Below, in pieces: positions 1 to 15,238 of a stretch of 64,000 bases of DNA. Every line of letters begins with the position of its first letter. Position 1 is the stretch's first letter. The notes under the pieces were generated by a model. That model saw only the letters and a program-made list of their open reading frames with translations. It was not told where the DNA came from and made no database searches. The stretch comes from the human T2T-CHM13v2.0 reference genome, Homo sapiens, in NCBI RefSeq assembly GCF_009914755.1, contig NC_060935.1; one strand, 5' to 3'. The position numbers were made by a program, and so were the translations under genes.

Positions 1-98
1 GTTATATGAAAAATGAGTTGTACAAACATGAGTAACAAAGATTTAATTAGGGAAATACAATTGGAAATTCTGCTATTACATAAATACTACTAGAACAC

Positions 99-815
99 TG
101 TTTTTGGTTATCTGTTACTTTTAACAGATAACCCAAAACATAGTGACTTAAAAGAGCAATCATTGTATTCTCAAATTTTGTGAGTTGACTGAGGAGTTCT
201 TATGTTCCATACGATGTTAGCTGGGAATGCAGCATTCCAGGGCTCAAATGGGATGGAATGTCCAAGATGGCACATCACATGGGTGGTAGTTAATGCTGGC
301 TGATTCTCAGAACTTAACTATTCTTATGGGCCAGAGCACCTGCATGTGGCCTCTCTTTGAGGCTTGGGCTTCTCACAGCAAGGTGGCTGGGTTCTAACAG
401 GCAACATCCTGAGAGAAATCAGAAGATGTCACCTTAAAGACTAGGTCTAGAAGTGGTATAGTGTCACTTCTGCCACATTCTGTTGGCTTAGCAATCATTG
501 GATCTGCCCAGATTCAAGGAGAAGCAGAATAAACTCTACTTCAGGATGGGGAGTGTGGCAAAGGATGTGCAGCCATTTTGATCTACCATAATCTGTCCTC
601 TGGCTACAAAATATTTGTGTTCTTCTCCCTTGCAAAATATATTTACTCTCTCATAATAAGACCCCCAGAGTCTCACCTACTATGGCATCAAGGTTGAAGT
701 CTAGGATCTCATCTAAATTAGGTCCAGGTTTAGAAGACATTTCTCTCTCTGAAGACTTGTGAATTAAAGGAACAAGCTATCTGCCCCCACACACCCAGTG
801 TACACTGGTGAGGCG
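99..815 (-). mobile_element. MaLR (MLT1-type) LTR (~99-590) plus adjoining internal sequence
   Basis: MLT1-like motifs such as 'ttgggcttctcacagc', 'gtcacttctgccacattctgttgg', 'cagattcaagg'; subfamily and boundaries approximate. Confidence 0.65.
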
Positions 816-1384
816 GAGACAGGAAATTTTATAAAATAATAGAACCAAAGCACAGATTTGATATCGGAGACGAAGGACAATGGTTATTGTTTTTTATGGA
901 CTCCAGTATAAATATTAGAAAAGCAAAGACTCAAAAATGAAGACACTGAAGTTTTTTCAATATGGAAGATGACTTCAGTCTCTCATTTGTTAAGCTAGAG
1001 GACTATGATAGTCAAGTGGAGATGTCCTAGAAAGTGATGAAAACAAGGAACAGTAATGTATGTGAGTGCGAAGCTGACATGATTTGGTCACCAATAAATG
1101 TTGGAGAATAAAATTATTAGGCATACTTGAAGTTACAAGAAAAAAGTCAGTGAAATTTAATTTTTTTATTTTTATTTTATTATTATTATACTTTAAGTTT
1201 TAGGGTACATGTGCACAATGTGCAGGTTACACTTGTATACATGTGCCATGCTGGTGTGCTGCACCCATTAACTCGTCATTTAGCATTGGGTATATCTCCT
1301 AATGCTATCCCTCCCCCCTCCCCCCACCCCACAACAGTCCCAGAGTGTGATGTTCCCCTTCCTGTGTCCATGTGTTCTCATTGT

Positions 1385-5210
<3,826 letters not shown>

Positions 5211-5258
5211 TTATTTTGCTGGTTAGTTGATGCAGTTTCTTCCTAGCCTCGATGGTCT

Positions 5259-6275
5259 TTACAATTTGGCATGATTTTGCAGTGGCTGGTACCGGTTGTT
5301 CCTTTCCATGTTTAGTGCTTCCTTCAGGAGCTCTTTTAGGGCAGGCCTGGTGGTGACAAAATCTCTCAGCATTTGCTTGTCTGTAAAGTATTTTATTTCT
5401 CCTTCACGTATGAAGCTTAGTTTGGCTGGATATGAAATTCTGGTTTGAAAATTCTTTTGTTTAAGAATGTTGAATATTGGCCCCCACTCTCTTCTGGCTT
5501 GTAGAGTTTCTGCCAAGAGATCCGCTGTTAGTCTGATGGGCTTCCCTTTGTGGGTAACCCGACCTTTCTCTCTGGCTGCCCTTAACATTTTTTCCTTCAT
5601 TTCAACTTTGGTGAATCTGACAATTGTATGTCTTGGAGTTGCTCTTCTCAAGGAGTATGTTTGTGGCATTCTCTGTATTTCCTGAATCTGAATGTTGGCC
5701 TGCCTTGCTAGATTGGGAAAGTTCTCCTGGAAAATGTCTTGCAGAGTGTTTTCTAACTTGGTTCCATTTTCCCCGTCACTTTCAGATACACCAATCAGAC
5801 GTAGATTTGGTCTCTTCACATAGTCCCATATTTCTTGGAGGCTTTGTTTGTTTCTTTTTATTCTTTTTTCTCTAAACCTCCTTTCTTGCTTCATTTCATT
5901 CATTTCATCTTCCATCACTGATACCCTCTCTTCCAGTTGATCGCATCAGCTCCTGAGGCTTCTGCATTCTTCACATAGTTCTCGAGCCTTGGTTTTCAGC
6001 TCCATCAGCTACTCTAAGCACTTCTCTGTATTGGTTATTCTAGTTATACATTTGTCTAAAATTTTTTCAAAGTTTTCAACTTCTTTGCCTTTGGTTTGAA
6101 TTTCCTCCTGTAGCTTGAAGTAGTTTGATCATCTGAAGCCTTCTTCTCTCAACTCGTCAAAGTCATTCTCCGTCCGGCTTTGTTCCGTTGCTTGTGAGGA
6201 ACTGCGTTCCTTTGGAGGAGGAGAGGCGCTCTGCTCTTTAGAGTTTCCAGTTTTTCTGCTCTGTTTTTTCCCCAT
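5259..6275 (-). pseudogene. L1 ORF1p, disrupted
   Basis: ATG at 6275, 1017-bp span; in-frame stops TAG (6009-6011) and TGA (5946-5948); C-terminal part is ORF 5259..5918. Confidence 0.93.
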
Positions 6276-7301
6276 CTTGGTGGTTTTATCTACTTTTAGT
6301 CTTTGATGATGGTGATGTACAGATGGGTTTTTGGTGTGGATGTCCTTTCTGTTTGTTAGTTTTCCTTCTAACAGACAGGACCCTCAGCTGCAGGTCTGTT
6401 GGAGTTTGCTAGAGGTCCACTCCAGACCCTGTTTGCCTGGGTACCAGCAATGGTGGCTGCAGAACAGCGGATTTTTGTGAACCAGAATGCTGCTGTCTGA
6501 TCGTTTCTCTGGAAGTTTTGTCTCAGAGGAATACCCGGCCGTGTGAGATGTCAGTCTGCCCCTACTGGGGAGTGCCTGCCAGTTAGGCTGCTCGGGGGTC
6601 ATGGTTCAGGGACCCACTTGAGGAGGCAGTCTGCCCGTTCTCAGATCTCCAGCTGCGTGCTGGGAGAACCACCGCTCTCTTCAAAGCTGTCAGACAGGGA
6701 CATTTAAGTCTGCAGAGGTTACTGCTGTCTTTTTGTTTGTCTGTGCCCTGCCCCCAGAGGTGGAGCCTACAGAGGCACGAAGGCCTCCTTGAGCTGTGGT
6801 GGGCTCCACCCAGTTCAAGCTTCCTGGCTGCTTTGTTTACCTAAGCAAGCCTGGGCAATGGCGGGAGCCCCTCCCCCAGCCTCGCTGCCACCTTGCAGTT
6901 TGATGTCAGACTGCTGTGCTAGCAGTCAGGGAGACTCCGTGGGTGTAGGACCCGAGCCAGGTGCAGGATATAATCTCCTGGTGCGCCATTTTTTAAGCCT
7001 GTCGGGAAAGCGCAGTATTAGGGTGGGAGTGACCCGATTTTCCAGGTGCCATCTGTCACCCCTTTCTTTGACTAGGAAAGGGAACTCCCTGACCCCTTGC
7101 GCTTCCCGAGTGAAGCAATGCCTCGCCCTGCTTCGGCTTGCGCAGGGTGCACTGCACCCACTGTCCTGCGCCCACTGTCTGGCACTCCCTAGTGAGGTGA
7201 ACCCAGTACCTCAGATGGAAATGCAGAAGTCACCCGTCTTCTGCGTCACTCACGCTGGGAGCTGTAGACCGGAGCTGTTCCTATTCGGCCATCTTGGCTC
7301 C
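6276..7301. promoter_or_regulatory. L1 5'UTR bidirectional promoter (sense on -, antisense on +) with intact YY1 motif
   Basis: cggccatcttgg (7286-7297) is the reverse complement of the L1 YY1 site; CpG-containing 5'UTR. Confidence 0.75.
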
Positions 7302-7316
7302 ATATATGAAATTTAA
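6858..7316 (+). CDS. L1 antisense ORF0, open and C-terminally extended (152 aa); expression unproven
   Basis: MAGAPPPASLPPCSL... ORF0 N-terminus in gcaATGg context; donors at 6960/6961 and 7045/7046. Confidence 0.6.
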   Translation: MAGAPPPASLPPCSLMSDCCASSQGDSVGVGPEPGAGYNLLVRHFLSLSGKRSIRVGVTRFSRCHLSPLSLTRKGNSLTPCASRVKQCLALLRLAQGALHPLSCAHCLALPSEVNPVPQMEMQKSPVFCVTHAGSCRPELFLFGHLGSIYEI

Positions 7317-8109
7317 TTTTTAAAAAATTGCTAGAATATAGAGTATACAGAGTATATAGAAGCTAAATGAGAGGAATTTTGAGAAAGGAAGTGGAACATA
7401 ATTAAATAAAACGGAAATGAGGACAGGTGAAAGGAAGAGACCCAATCTTAATTAGAACGGTAAAGTTTTGAATTCTAGGAAGTACAGTAGAAAAGTACCA
7501 AAGCACTAATGTTGGAATTGGGAGTTATTTTGAGCCCAGAAAAAGGACTTCCTGCTATCTTATATTAGAGTTCTTTTTGCCTTTGTTATATGTAGGGAGT
7601 AATTGTGGCTGTATGGAAAATGGGGGCACTATGATTGCAAGTTTGCTTTTAGCTGGTTAAGGTATGGTGCCTGGGAATACAGACATGTTCTTAAAATTAT
7701 TACTGGTGTTTTATAGAAAGGAATATTTATTGGTAAACAGCTTGGGATAAACAAGATGCTAGAAGAAGGAATATTAGGCAGAGACTTCATACACTAGTTA
7801 CGAACCAGTGATAACTTGAATTATGATATGATATGCCACCCGCATCCTTGTTCACGTAAAGATATTTTACTCGAGCCGTATACCGTTTTTTTAGTATTCC
7901 AGAATAGCTCTCCTATTTTATTTACTAACCTCCTTTTAACATTTTTGTACCATTTATTTCTTTTATAAGTATTTTTTTCTAACCTTGCCTCACATTTCCA
8001 TTCTGTATTTAAGACCCGTGGTATATGCATATACCTTATACAGTTCAGCCTCCATTTCCTATTGAAGCAGTTTCCCTTCTAGTTCATGGCATTTTTTATT
8101 TCTCTTTAG

Positions 8110-8951
8110 ACATGAAGAGTATTTCTGGAGAAGAATCATCCCATGGAGTGATTATGACAAGGCTTACCGAAAGTGGACACCCTTCTTCAGATGCCTGGAA
8201 AGGTGAGAATTGGTTATATAGGAACCAGAAAAAATGGGACATAAATTTGCCACAAGAGGCTTTCATTCCTGAGACAATTTACACTGAGGAGGAAGATTTT
8301 GAATGTAGTGAAAATAAGAAAAGCTTTGATATTAATTCAGTTAGCTCAATTTGTGCTATACAACTGGGAATTCCTTCAAGAAAGGGGTCTCCAAAATGTG
8401 ATAAGTTTAAAACTTACTTCAAATTTAATTTAGACTCAGTAGGTAAGCAACATTCAGAATATGAATATGGGAATGACTTGAGTTTGAGTACAGATATTCG
8501 ACACCAAAAAAGTCATACTACAATGAATTCCTATGAATGTTATCAATGTGGGAAAGCCTTCTGCCGAAGTTCATCCCTTATTCGACATCAGATCATTCAC
8601 ACAGGAGAGAAACCCTATAAATGCAGTGAATGTGGGAGATTCTTCAACCGACGTACAAACCTTACTAAGCATCAAAAACTTCATGCTGAAGCAAAGGCCT
8701 GCACAAGCAATAAATGTGGAAAGGCCTTCAGTAAAAGTGAAGACAGTAATAATCCAACACTCCATTTTGGAAACAATTTCTATCAATGTGTTAACTGTGG
8801 AAAATCCTTCAACCGGAGCTCCTCTCTTATTCGACACCAAATGATTCACACGGGAGAGAAACCATTCAAATGTAAGGAATGTAGTAAAGCCTTCAACAGG
8901 AGTTCAAACCTTGTTAAACATCAAAAACTGCATACTCGAGATAAGTCCTGA
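8110..8951 (+). CDS. ZNF215: ZNF215 terminal coding exon (C2H2 fingers); SCAN/KRAB exons lie upstream of the window
   Basis: Acceptor 'ttttttatttctctttag|AC ATG AAG' (phase 1); DMKSISGEESSHG...KLHTRDKS*; 4 intact C2H2 fingers with TGEKP linkers; sequence and convergent ZNF214 neighbour recognised. Confidence 0.93.
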
Positions 8952-9340
8952 AAAAAGAAAAAATGAAAGATTACCTTCAGTCAGAATGCAGAACTCATTT
9001 AACATCATGAATTTATGCTGGATAAAATCTCATGAATATAATGTAAGAAAACATTTGTCAGATTTTTCTTTAAATGATATCACAGAATTAATGTTGGATA
9101 GAAAAATCATTGGATAGAAATCTGTTTGAAGGAATTTTCCTGGTTTTCAGATGAAGCCATAAGGCTTTGGAGTTAAACCACAGTATCACCATACAAGTAT
9201 TTGTTTATCATTATTTTGATATCCATTACCCTCACCTCTCCCTAGTTCATAAATAGGTCTATAGCATACTAATATCCACCTGATTTATTGACGAAGTAGA
9301 CATTAGGCAAAGCCAAACAATACTCTTGGAGTTGATATTT

Positions 9341-9346
9341 AATAAA
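9341..9346 (+). terminator. Candidate proximal poly(A) signal of ZNF215 (AATAAA)
   Basis: Hexamer ~390 nt after the stop codon; usage not shown by sequence. Confidence 0.35.
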
Positions 9347-9595
9347 ACTCAGCCCTTTTAAGAAGGTCACAAGAAATCATTAGCTCATGCGAATATAAGA
9401 GAATACTTCTAAGGACAGAAATCTCTGAATCAATGGCTAAGACAACAGTAACAGCCATTTACTCCACTCCTGACAATACCCTTTGTTGTCTTGCTGTTGA
9501 ATGGAGACTAGAGTTGGGAAAGGGTTATCAACTGCAATGGGAGAAGTATGTATTGCTGTTAATCTATATGTATTCTTAAAATCTGCATTTGTTTA

Positions 9596-10164
9596 TAGCA
9601 GGTCCTTGAAAAATGTTTTTGTTTTGTTATAATGTTATAATTGTTATGATGTTGATGAGAAAAATATCGATTCCCAGCCAGGGACACTGTGTGGAGTTCG
9701 CACACTCTCCCTATGTCTCCGGGTGCTCCAGTTTCAAACCCCAAAGATGTATACATTAGGTTAATTGACATATCTAAATTATCTCAGTCTGAGTTTGTGA
9801 GGAAGTGTGCCCTGCAGTGGAATGGCTCCTAATCAGGGTTTGTTCCCACCATTGCCCTGAGCTGCTAGGATGCGCTCTGTCCACCCATGGCCCTGTACTG
9901 GAATAACAGGGTAAATAATTATCTTATCTGTTTTTATTAATCCGTCTTAAATGTGTATATAGCTCAGATTTATTTTAATGTCTGATATTGGAAGCGTTTG
10001 GGGTCTTTAGAAGTTTGATGATGTTGTGACCAGACATTTGCCTTAGGAACTTAACTCTTGTTTGTATCCATTAGTCTATGGTAAAATTGGTTTTGTTATA
10101 CATCATTTCACTTAAAGTTGCAGTTCCTAAGAACCTATTGATGATGTTCAGTGCAGACTTACTG
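9596..10164 (+). mobile_element. MER6A-like (TcMar-Tigger) DNA transposon in the ZNF215 3' region
   Basis: Starts '(c/t)agcaggtcct', contains 'aaaaatatcgattccc', ends 'gacttactg'; TA on both sides. Confidence 0.8.
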
Positions 10165-10446
10165 TACCTTTGGGAATTTAGGCTGGAGAGACGTCCATAG
10201 CCTTAGGTATATCATTTATACCAGACATTATGAAGTTATTAAAGTCTCCTATACTCTGTACACCAGAACTGTGTCTTCTGTAAACTACCTCAGGATCCCA
10301 TCTGGTTCTTGAGCCAAGAAGTATGACTTAATCTGCCCCAAAAAATTCACACTGGAGACATTCCCAATTAATGATGATGGTAGCTTTTTGTGAAGGTTCA
10401 TACCTTATTCAAAGGCAGAAAAGGTATACTGGAGTGAACTCCTATG

Positions 10447-10452
10447 ATTAAA
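10447..10452 (+). terminator. Candidate distal poly(A) signal of ZNF215 (ATTAAA)
   Basis: ATTAAA followed by a GT/T-rich tract (tatgtttgtt). Confidence 0.45.
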
Positions 10453-10985
10453 TAATGTCAAAATCTATGTTTGTTCATCCTTTATATTGCAACACAAGTT
10501 TTATTAGGACAAAGCCCTACATAAGTAATTGATATAGAAATTCGTATAAACAAGAGATAACTTGTAAAGAAGCCTAACAAGAGAAAAGCACTCTGAATGT
10601 AAAAAATTCTTGAGGTATGTTCATTCATCATAGTACTTACATTAAATACAATGGATTCTGACTTTTTAAATTTAGGTATTCCAAGTCCAATATTTCAATT
10701 TTTGAAAATAAGCTGTGATTTTCTTTTGGATGGTTGAAAGATAGAAGTACTATTTTCACTCTTTATCTTTTCTTTGAACAACTAGCTATTTGAGCCTAAG
10801 TAAAATACTTATTTTTTTCTCCTAAATCTCCAAGCTTTCTTAAAAAAGTGTTTACTATGTTCACTAAGTTTAACATAACATAGTTTCAAATAATAATTTT
10901 TGGAGTGCATTTAAAGCTCTTGCAGAGCATTTATAGCCAATTAACATCTTCTCGCAGCCTTGTTTCACAAGCCTATTTAGTACAT

Positions 10986-11513
10986 TGTATTAGCGTTCTC
11001 TAGAGGGACAGAACCAATAGGATAAATGTATATATAAAGGGGAGTTTATTAAGGAGTATTGATTTACACTGTCACAAAGTGAGGTCCCACAATAGGCTGT
11101 CTGCAAGCTGAGGAGCAAGGAAGCCAAGTCCCAATTTTACATAAGAGTCCAAGTCCCAAAACCTCAAAAGTAGGGAAGCTGACAGCGCAGCCTTCAGTCT
11201 GTGGTTGAAGGTCCAAGAGTCCCAAAGCTGAACTCGGAGTCTGATGTTCAAGGGTAGGAAGCATCCGGAACTGGACGAAGTAGTAGGCTGGAAGACTAAG
11301 CCAGTCTAGTCGTTCCAATTTCTCCTGCCTTTTATTTTGGCCACACTGGCAGCTGATTAGATTGTGTCCACCCAGATTGAGGGTCGGTCTGCCTTTCCCA
11401 GTCCACTGACTCAAATGTTAATCTCCTTTGGCAACACCCTGACAGTCACACTCGGGAACAATACTTTGCATCCTTCAATCCAATCAAGTTGGCACTCAAT
11501 ATTAATCATCACA
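10986..11513 (-). mobile_element. MLT2A-type ERVL solo LTR
   Basis: tgtattag...ttctctagagggacagaac...ccttcaatccaatcaagtt...atcaca. Confidence 0.88.
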
Positions 11514-11899
11514 TATTTGAGTTTTACTATATACCATCAAAGGTCGATATCTAAGCTGAAACATGAAGAGTGTAGATTAACCAGATTGTGTCTGGCAAGT
11601 GTGGAAATGTTAGGAGAGATGATAAAGGCAAAACGAGGGGCACAAAGCTATAAAGGGATGAGGGCATGGCAAGTTCAGGAAACATAAGTTCATCTGCTAG
11701 AATACAGCATTGGGAAAGAACGGAGCTTTCATTTCATAGAGGTAAAGCTACAGAGAGACTCAAGGGGCACATCATGAGAGGTCTTGTAAGCCACTTTAGA
11801 AGTTTGAGCTTCAGCCTAAAGGTAATAGTGAGATAAAATTGTTGTTAATTCCATGTTTAGTACTCTGAAAATGCTAATTGAAGTAACAAGATAAAACTC

Positions 11900-12700
11900 C
11901 AAAGGAGGAGAAAATCATTTGCTGCTGATATGGTTGACTCATGACAACCTAATAAAATTCGTTGAAAAACTGTTAGATTTAATAAATGAATTTAGATAAG
12001 GTAAATATAGCAACTTTGCTCAAAAATAATCTTGAATAAGAGGAAAGCTGTGTCTGGAATGAGAAGACTACTATAGAGATTTTGAGTCTCCACACATTAA
12101 ACTACAAATGAAAAATTCTAATCAGATATTCAATGGGGAGGATTTATTTCACAAAGTGATTATAAAGTTTACTTTGTAGAAGTAAGAAAATAGCTGTGAC
12201 CATTTTTTTAAAAGCAAGGTAATGAGAACATTACTAGTAACATAGTGTGATACTAGTCTATTCACATGTGTGAGACAATTGTTTATAACTAGACCTAGGT
12301 GTTTATAAGAATTTAGCATATCGTAAATTGTCACTTCAAATTAGAGTGGAAACTATTCAATATTTACATATATATCATATACAGATGTATACATATATGA
12401 ATATATATGATATATGTTGATATATTTTTTGAAAATTTGACCATGCTGTGGAAAACTGGTCTAAAAAGTTAAATGCCAATCTCAACCAATAAACAAGGGA
12501 AATGTTCTATTTTCACTAATACTAAAAAACTTAAAGATCACATATTGGGCTGATAGACAACATATAAAAGGAATAATAACACTCAGTTTTAGTGGGACTC
12601 TTAAGAAATGTAACTCACATGCCACTATGGGAATGCAAATAATTACTAACTTTCTGGAGGGCCAACTTGACAGTATATATTGAGAGCGTTTAAAAAGTCA
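11900..12700 (+). mobile_element. Old, highly decayed L1M ORF2 fragments
   Basis: Motifs 'tcatttgctgctgatatg', 'aaactgttagatttaataaatgaattt', 'ctttctggagggccaacttgacagtat'. Confidence 0.5.
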
Positions 12701-13059
12701 AGTTACAGGAGGGAACAGCGCAAGTTAGGATTCAAAAAATCACAAGACCATATGAGCTCCAAAGAGTGACAAAGAATGCGCAGTCTGCATAAAGGAAGAG
12801 CAATGGGAGTTGAAGAAAAGACCAGCATCCAGCCTACAAAGAGGAAGAAAGGCGCTGCATAACTCAGCCTGAGCAAGCGAAAAACAAGTTTGAGTCAAGA
12901 ACCACCAGATTCCCACTCAGCAGCATCAACAATCACTGAGAGGTGAGGCCAAAGATGAGGATAATAGGGTAAAGCAAGTGCTTCACCCAGGCTCTCTTCC
13001 TTCTACTTAAATATATCATAAGCACCTTACTAGGCTGTCCAGCTATTTCATTTTTAGAG

Positions 13060-14416
13060 AGTTGTAACCCAGGTGTCATTGCCATAGATTGCCCTGGATC
13101 GATACCCTGATTACTTCACTCGTCACTCTGGCACTGTGGAATTAAATGATTAAGAGCAAGAAACCCATTTCCAGGGCAACAGCTTTTACCATCATCTCCA
13201 GCCTTCAGAAAATGGACACTACAGAGCTCTTCAGGGTTGCCTTTGCTTCTTTTTCAAAATATCTTTCAATCTTTGGTGAAGAGAGTACTAAACTGATTCC
13301 AATATTCTATCACCCTGGACCTTTGGATTCTTCTCTCTATGGTATGTCAGAGAAGTTTTGTTATTAGCTGTAGGTCAAATTTGACTCTAGGCTTTAATTA
13401 GCCAACTTACCAGAATAGGTTGCTCTTTCTGGTGTTTCCATTGAATGCCAGAATTAACAGAATAGGTTACTCTTCTGGTGATTTCATTAAATCCCAGGTT
13501 TCAGATGTTTGCATCTGAGACAATAAATCCAACCCAAATGTAACTTACATTTGGTCCATCGTAGAATTTGCTCCCACATGTATTCTCCAGGCTTTTTGCT
13601 AATAGAATTGCCAAGCCTGTAACTCTTAAAATAACAGGTATTTCCTTCTGTAGGAACAAAGAATGCTTGCATTTTTTTCTGTCAGGGTTATATTCAGATC
13701 TAAGTCTCATTATGACCCTGGAGCCAATGACAAGTGGTAGGGGTGGGAGCTGAAGAGAATTGGTATCAGCTTGTAAGGCAAATGTAAGGTGTAGTCAAGA
13801 ATATGCTTTAATGGAGAGAAGGTCTGATACCTTCAAGTGGATAAGGAGTACCATTTCATTGGCAAGAGAGATTCAAAAGAATGGGGTGCCCAAATTCTCA
13901 GCTTCATCAGTGTCTGCCCAAATACCTTATGTAATATTCTCACCAGTTCTCTTACCTTCACTGTCACCAGGATATGCATTTAATTGGTGCGGCAATTCTG
14001 CAACACTTTTTGTTGAGTAGGGTTTGATTGTCAGCCATATCTACCTTACAGCCGCTGGGTTTCAGACTGCCATCGGGCCTTTTGGTTATCCTCTTTTGAT
14101 TCTTAATTGTGTATTCACAGCTTTTAGTTGCTCTTCTTCCATATGTTCATTCCCTAGGGTGACAGAATCCAGGTGGGTCCACATATTTAAAAATCATTTT
14201 TTTCCACCATAACTAATGCCACAACCACTTGCACTCTCGACACCTTGTCCTTTACCTGCACTTTTATTCTATTCTAACAGTGATAATCTGAGAAATCTTG
14301 ATGTCCTCAAATGCCAATGTTTCCCCAACAGAAAGGTTATCCCTGTGCTTTTCTGCAGCCTAATGCTGAATCCTGCTTAGAGGATCTATTTTGTAGAGCC
14401 GCTTTGGTCCCAATCT
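13060..14416 (-). mobile_element. Class III (ERVL-like) internal region, decayed gag
   Basis: ORF 13487..13672 has KKPGEYMWEQILR, resembling the ERVL gag motif QKxGExVWEWILR; internal start 'gattgggacca' next to an LTR. Confidence 0.6.
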
Positions 14417-14851
14417 TTGTTTTCCTCTGGGTCAGCAGGAAACAGATGTCATTCTCAATTTTAGAATAAGAATAGTTTAATATTACGGGACTATTTTTAA
14501 AGGTGTGGGCAAAGTTTAGGGAAACCATAAGAAATAGGAAAATACCCAAAAGCTAGTAATAAGGGTTTTTTTTTGTTTGTTTGCTTTTTAATCCTTAGGC
14601 CTGAAAAGGCAAGACAAAGGAGTCATCACCAGAATCTAGGAGTCATGTAAAGAGGGCACTTTGGTAAGAGCTGCAACCTGAGATCTAGGAAAGCAGCAGT
14701 CAAAATCAACCCTCTTATCTCCTGCCAGGGACTCCCATTGGCTATAGCCATGGAGTTAAAGAACCCATTGATGTCATCCATTTAGGCCAGGCTCCCAGAG
14801 AGGAGAAAAGTGGAGAGTGGATCTAGAAGGGAGAATAGAGGATATCTGGTA
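14417..14851 (-). mobile_element. ERVL LTR (LTR33/LTR41-like), 5' LTR of the adjacent remnant
   Basis: 'ctcctgccagggactcccattggc', 'gagagtggatctagaaggg...gatatctggta' motifs. Confidence 0.55.
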
Positions 14852-15062
14852 TGGGATCCAAATTGATCTGATAAGGGACTTAGAGTGAACCCCAGCCCTT
14901 TTATATATTATCTATGATTCACATCCTTGGAAGTCCAACTCCTTCTTGGACTGGTTTCTGTACTCTATTATGTTATCTACAGCAAGTGGAAGTGTATTTT
15001 TTAAGTTTGACTGTTCATCTCACTTGGTAATGCTTGGTGTCTTCACCTTGTAATATAGTGTC

Positions 15063-15238
15063 ACTGGTTCTTACAGGGTGGTCCCCAGACCAGCAGCATC
15101 AACATCTGTTGGGATTTGTTACAAATATCAGTCCTTGGGCCCCAGTGCAGACCTAATCAGGCAGAAATTCTGGAAAATGGACAGTGATTTTTCTTGTAAC
15201 AAGCCCTCTAATTCTGATGCAAGTTTGCAAACCTCTGA
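15063..15238. mobile_element. MER5A-like hAT-Charlie MITE
   Basis: 'gtggtccccagaccagcagcatca...aacaagccctc...attctgatgca...aacctctg'. Confidence 0.8.

Noticed and set aside
8025-8109. ATG-initiated N-terminal extension of the 308-aa ORF
   Set aside because: Lies in the intron and polypyrimidine tract upstream of the acceptor
12700-12950. Purine-rich stretch ending in GAG|GTGAGG donor
   Set aside because: No polypyrimidine acceptor or recognisable ORF
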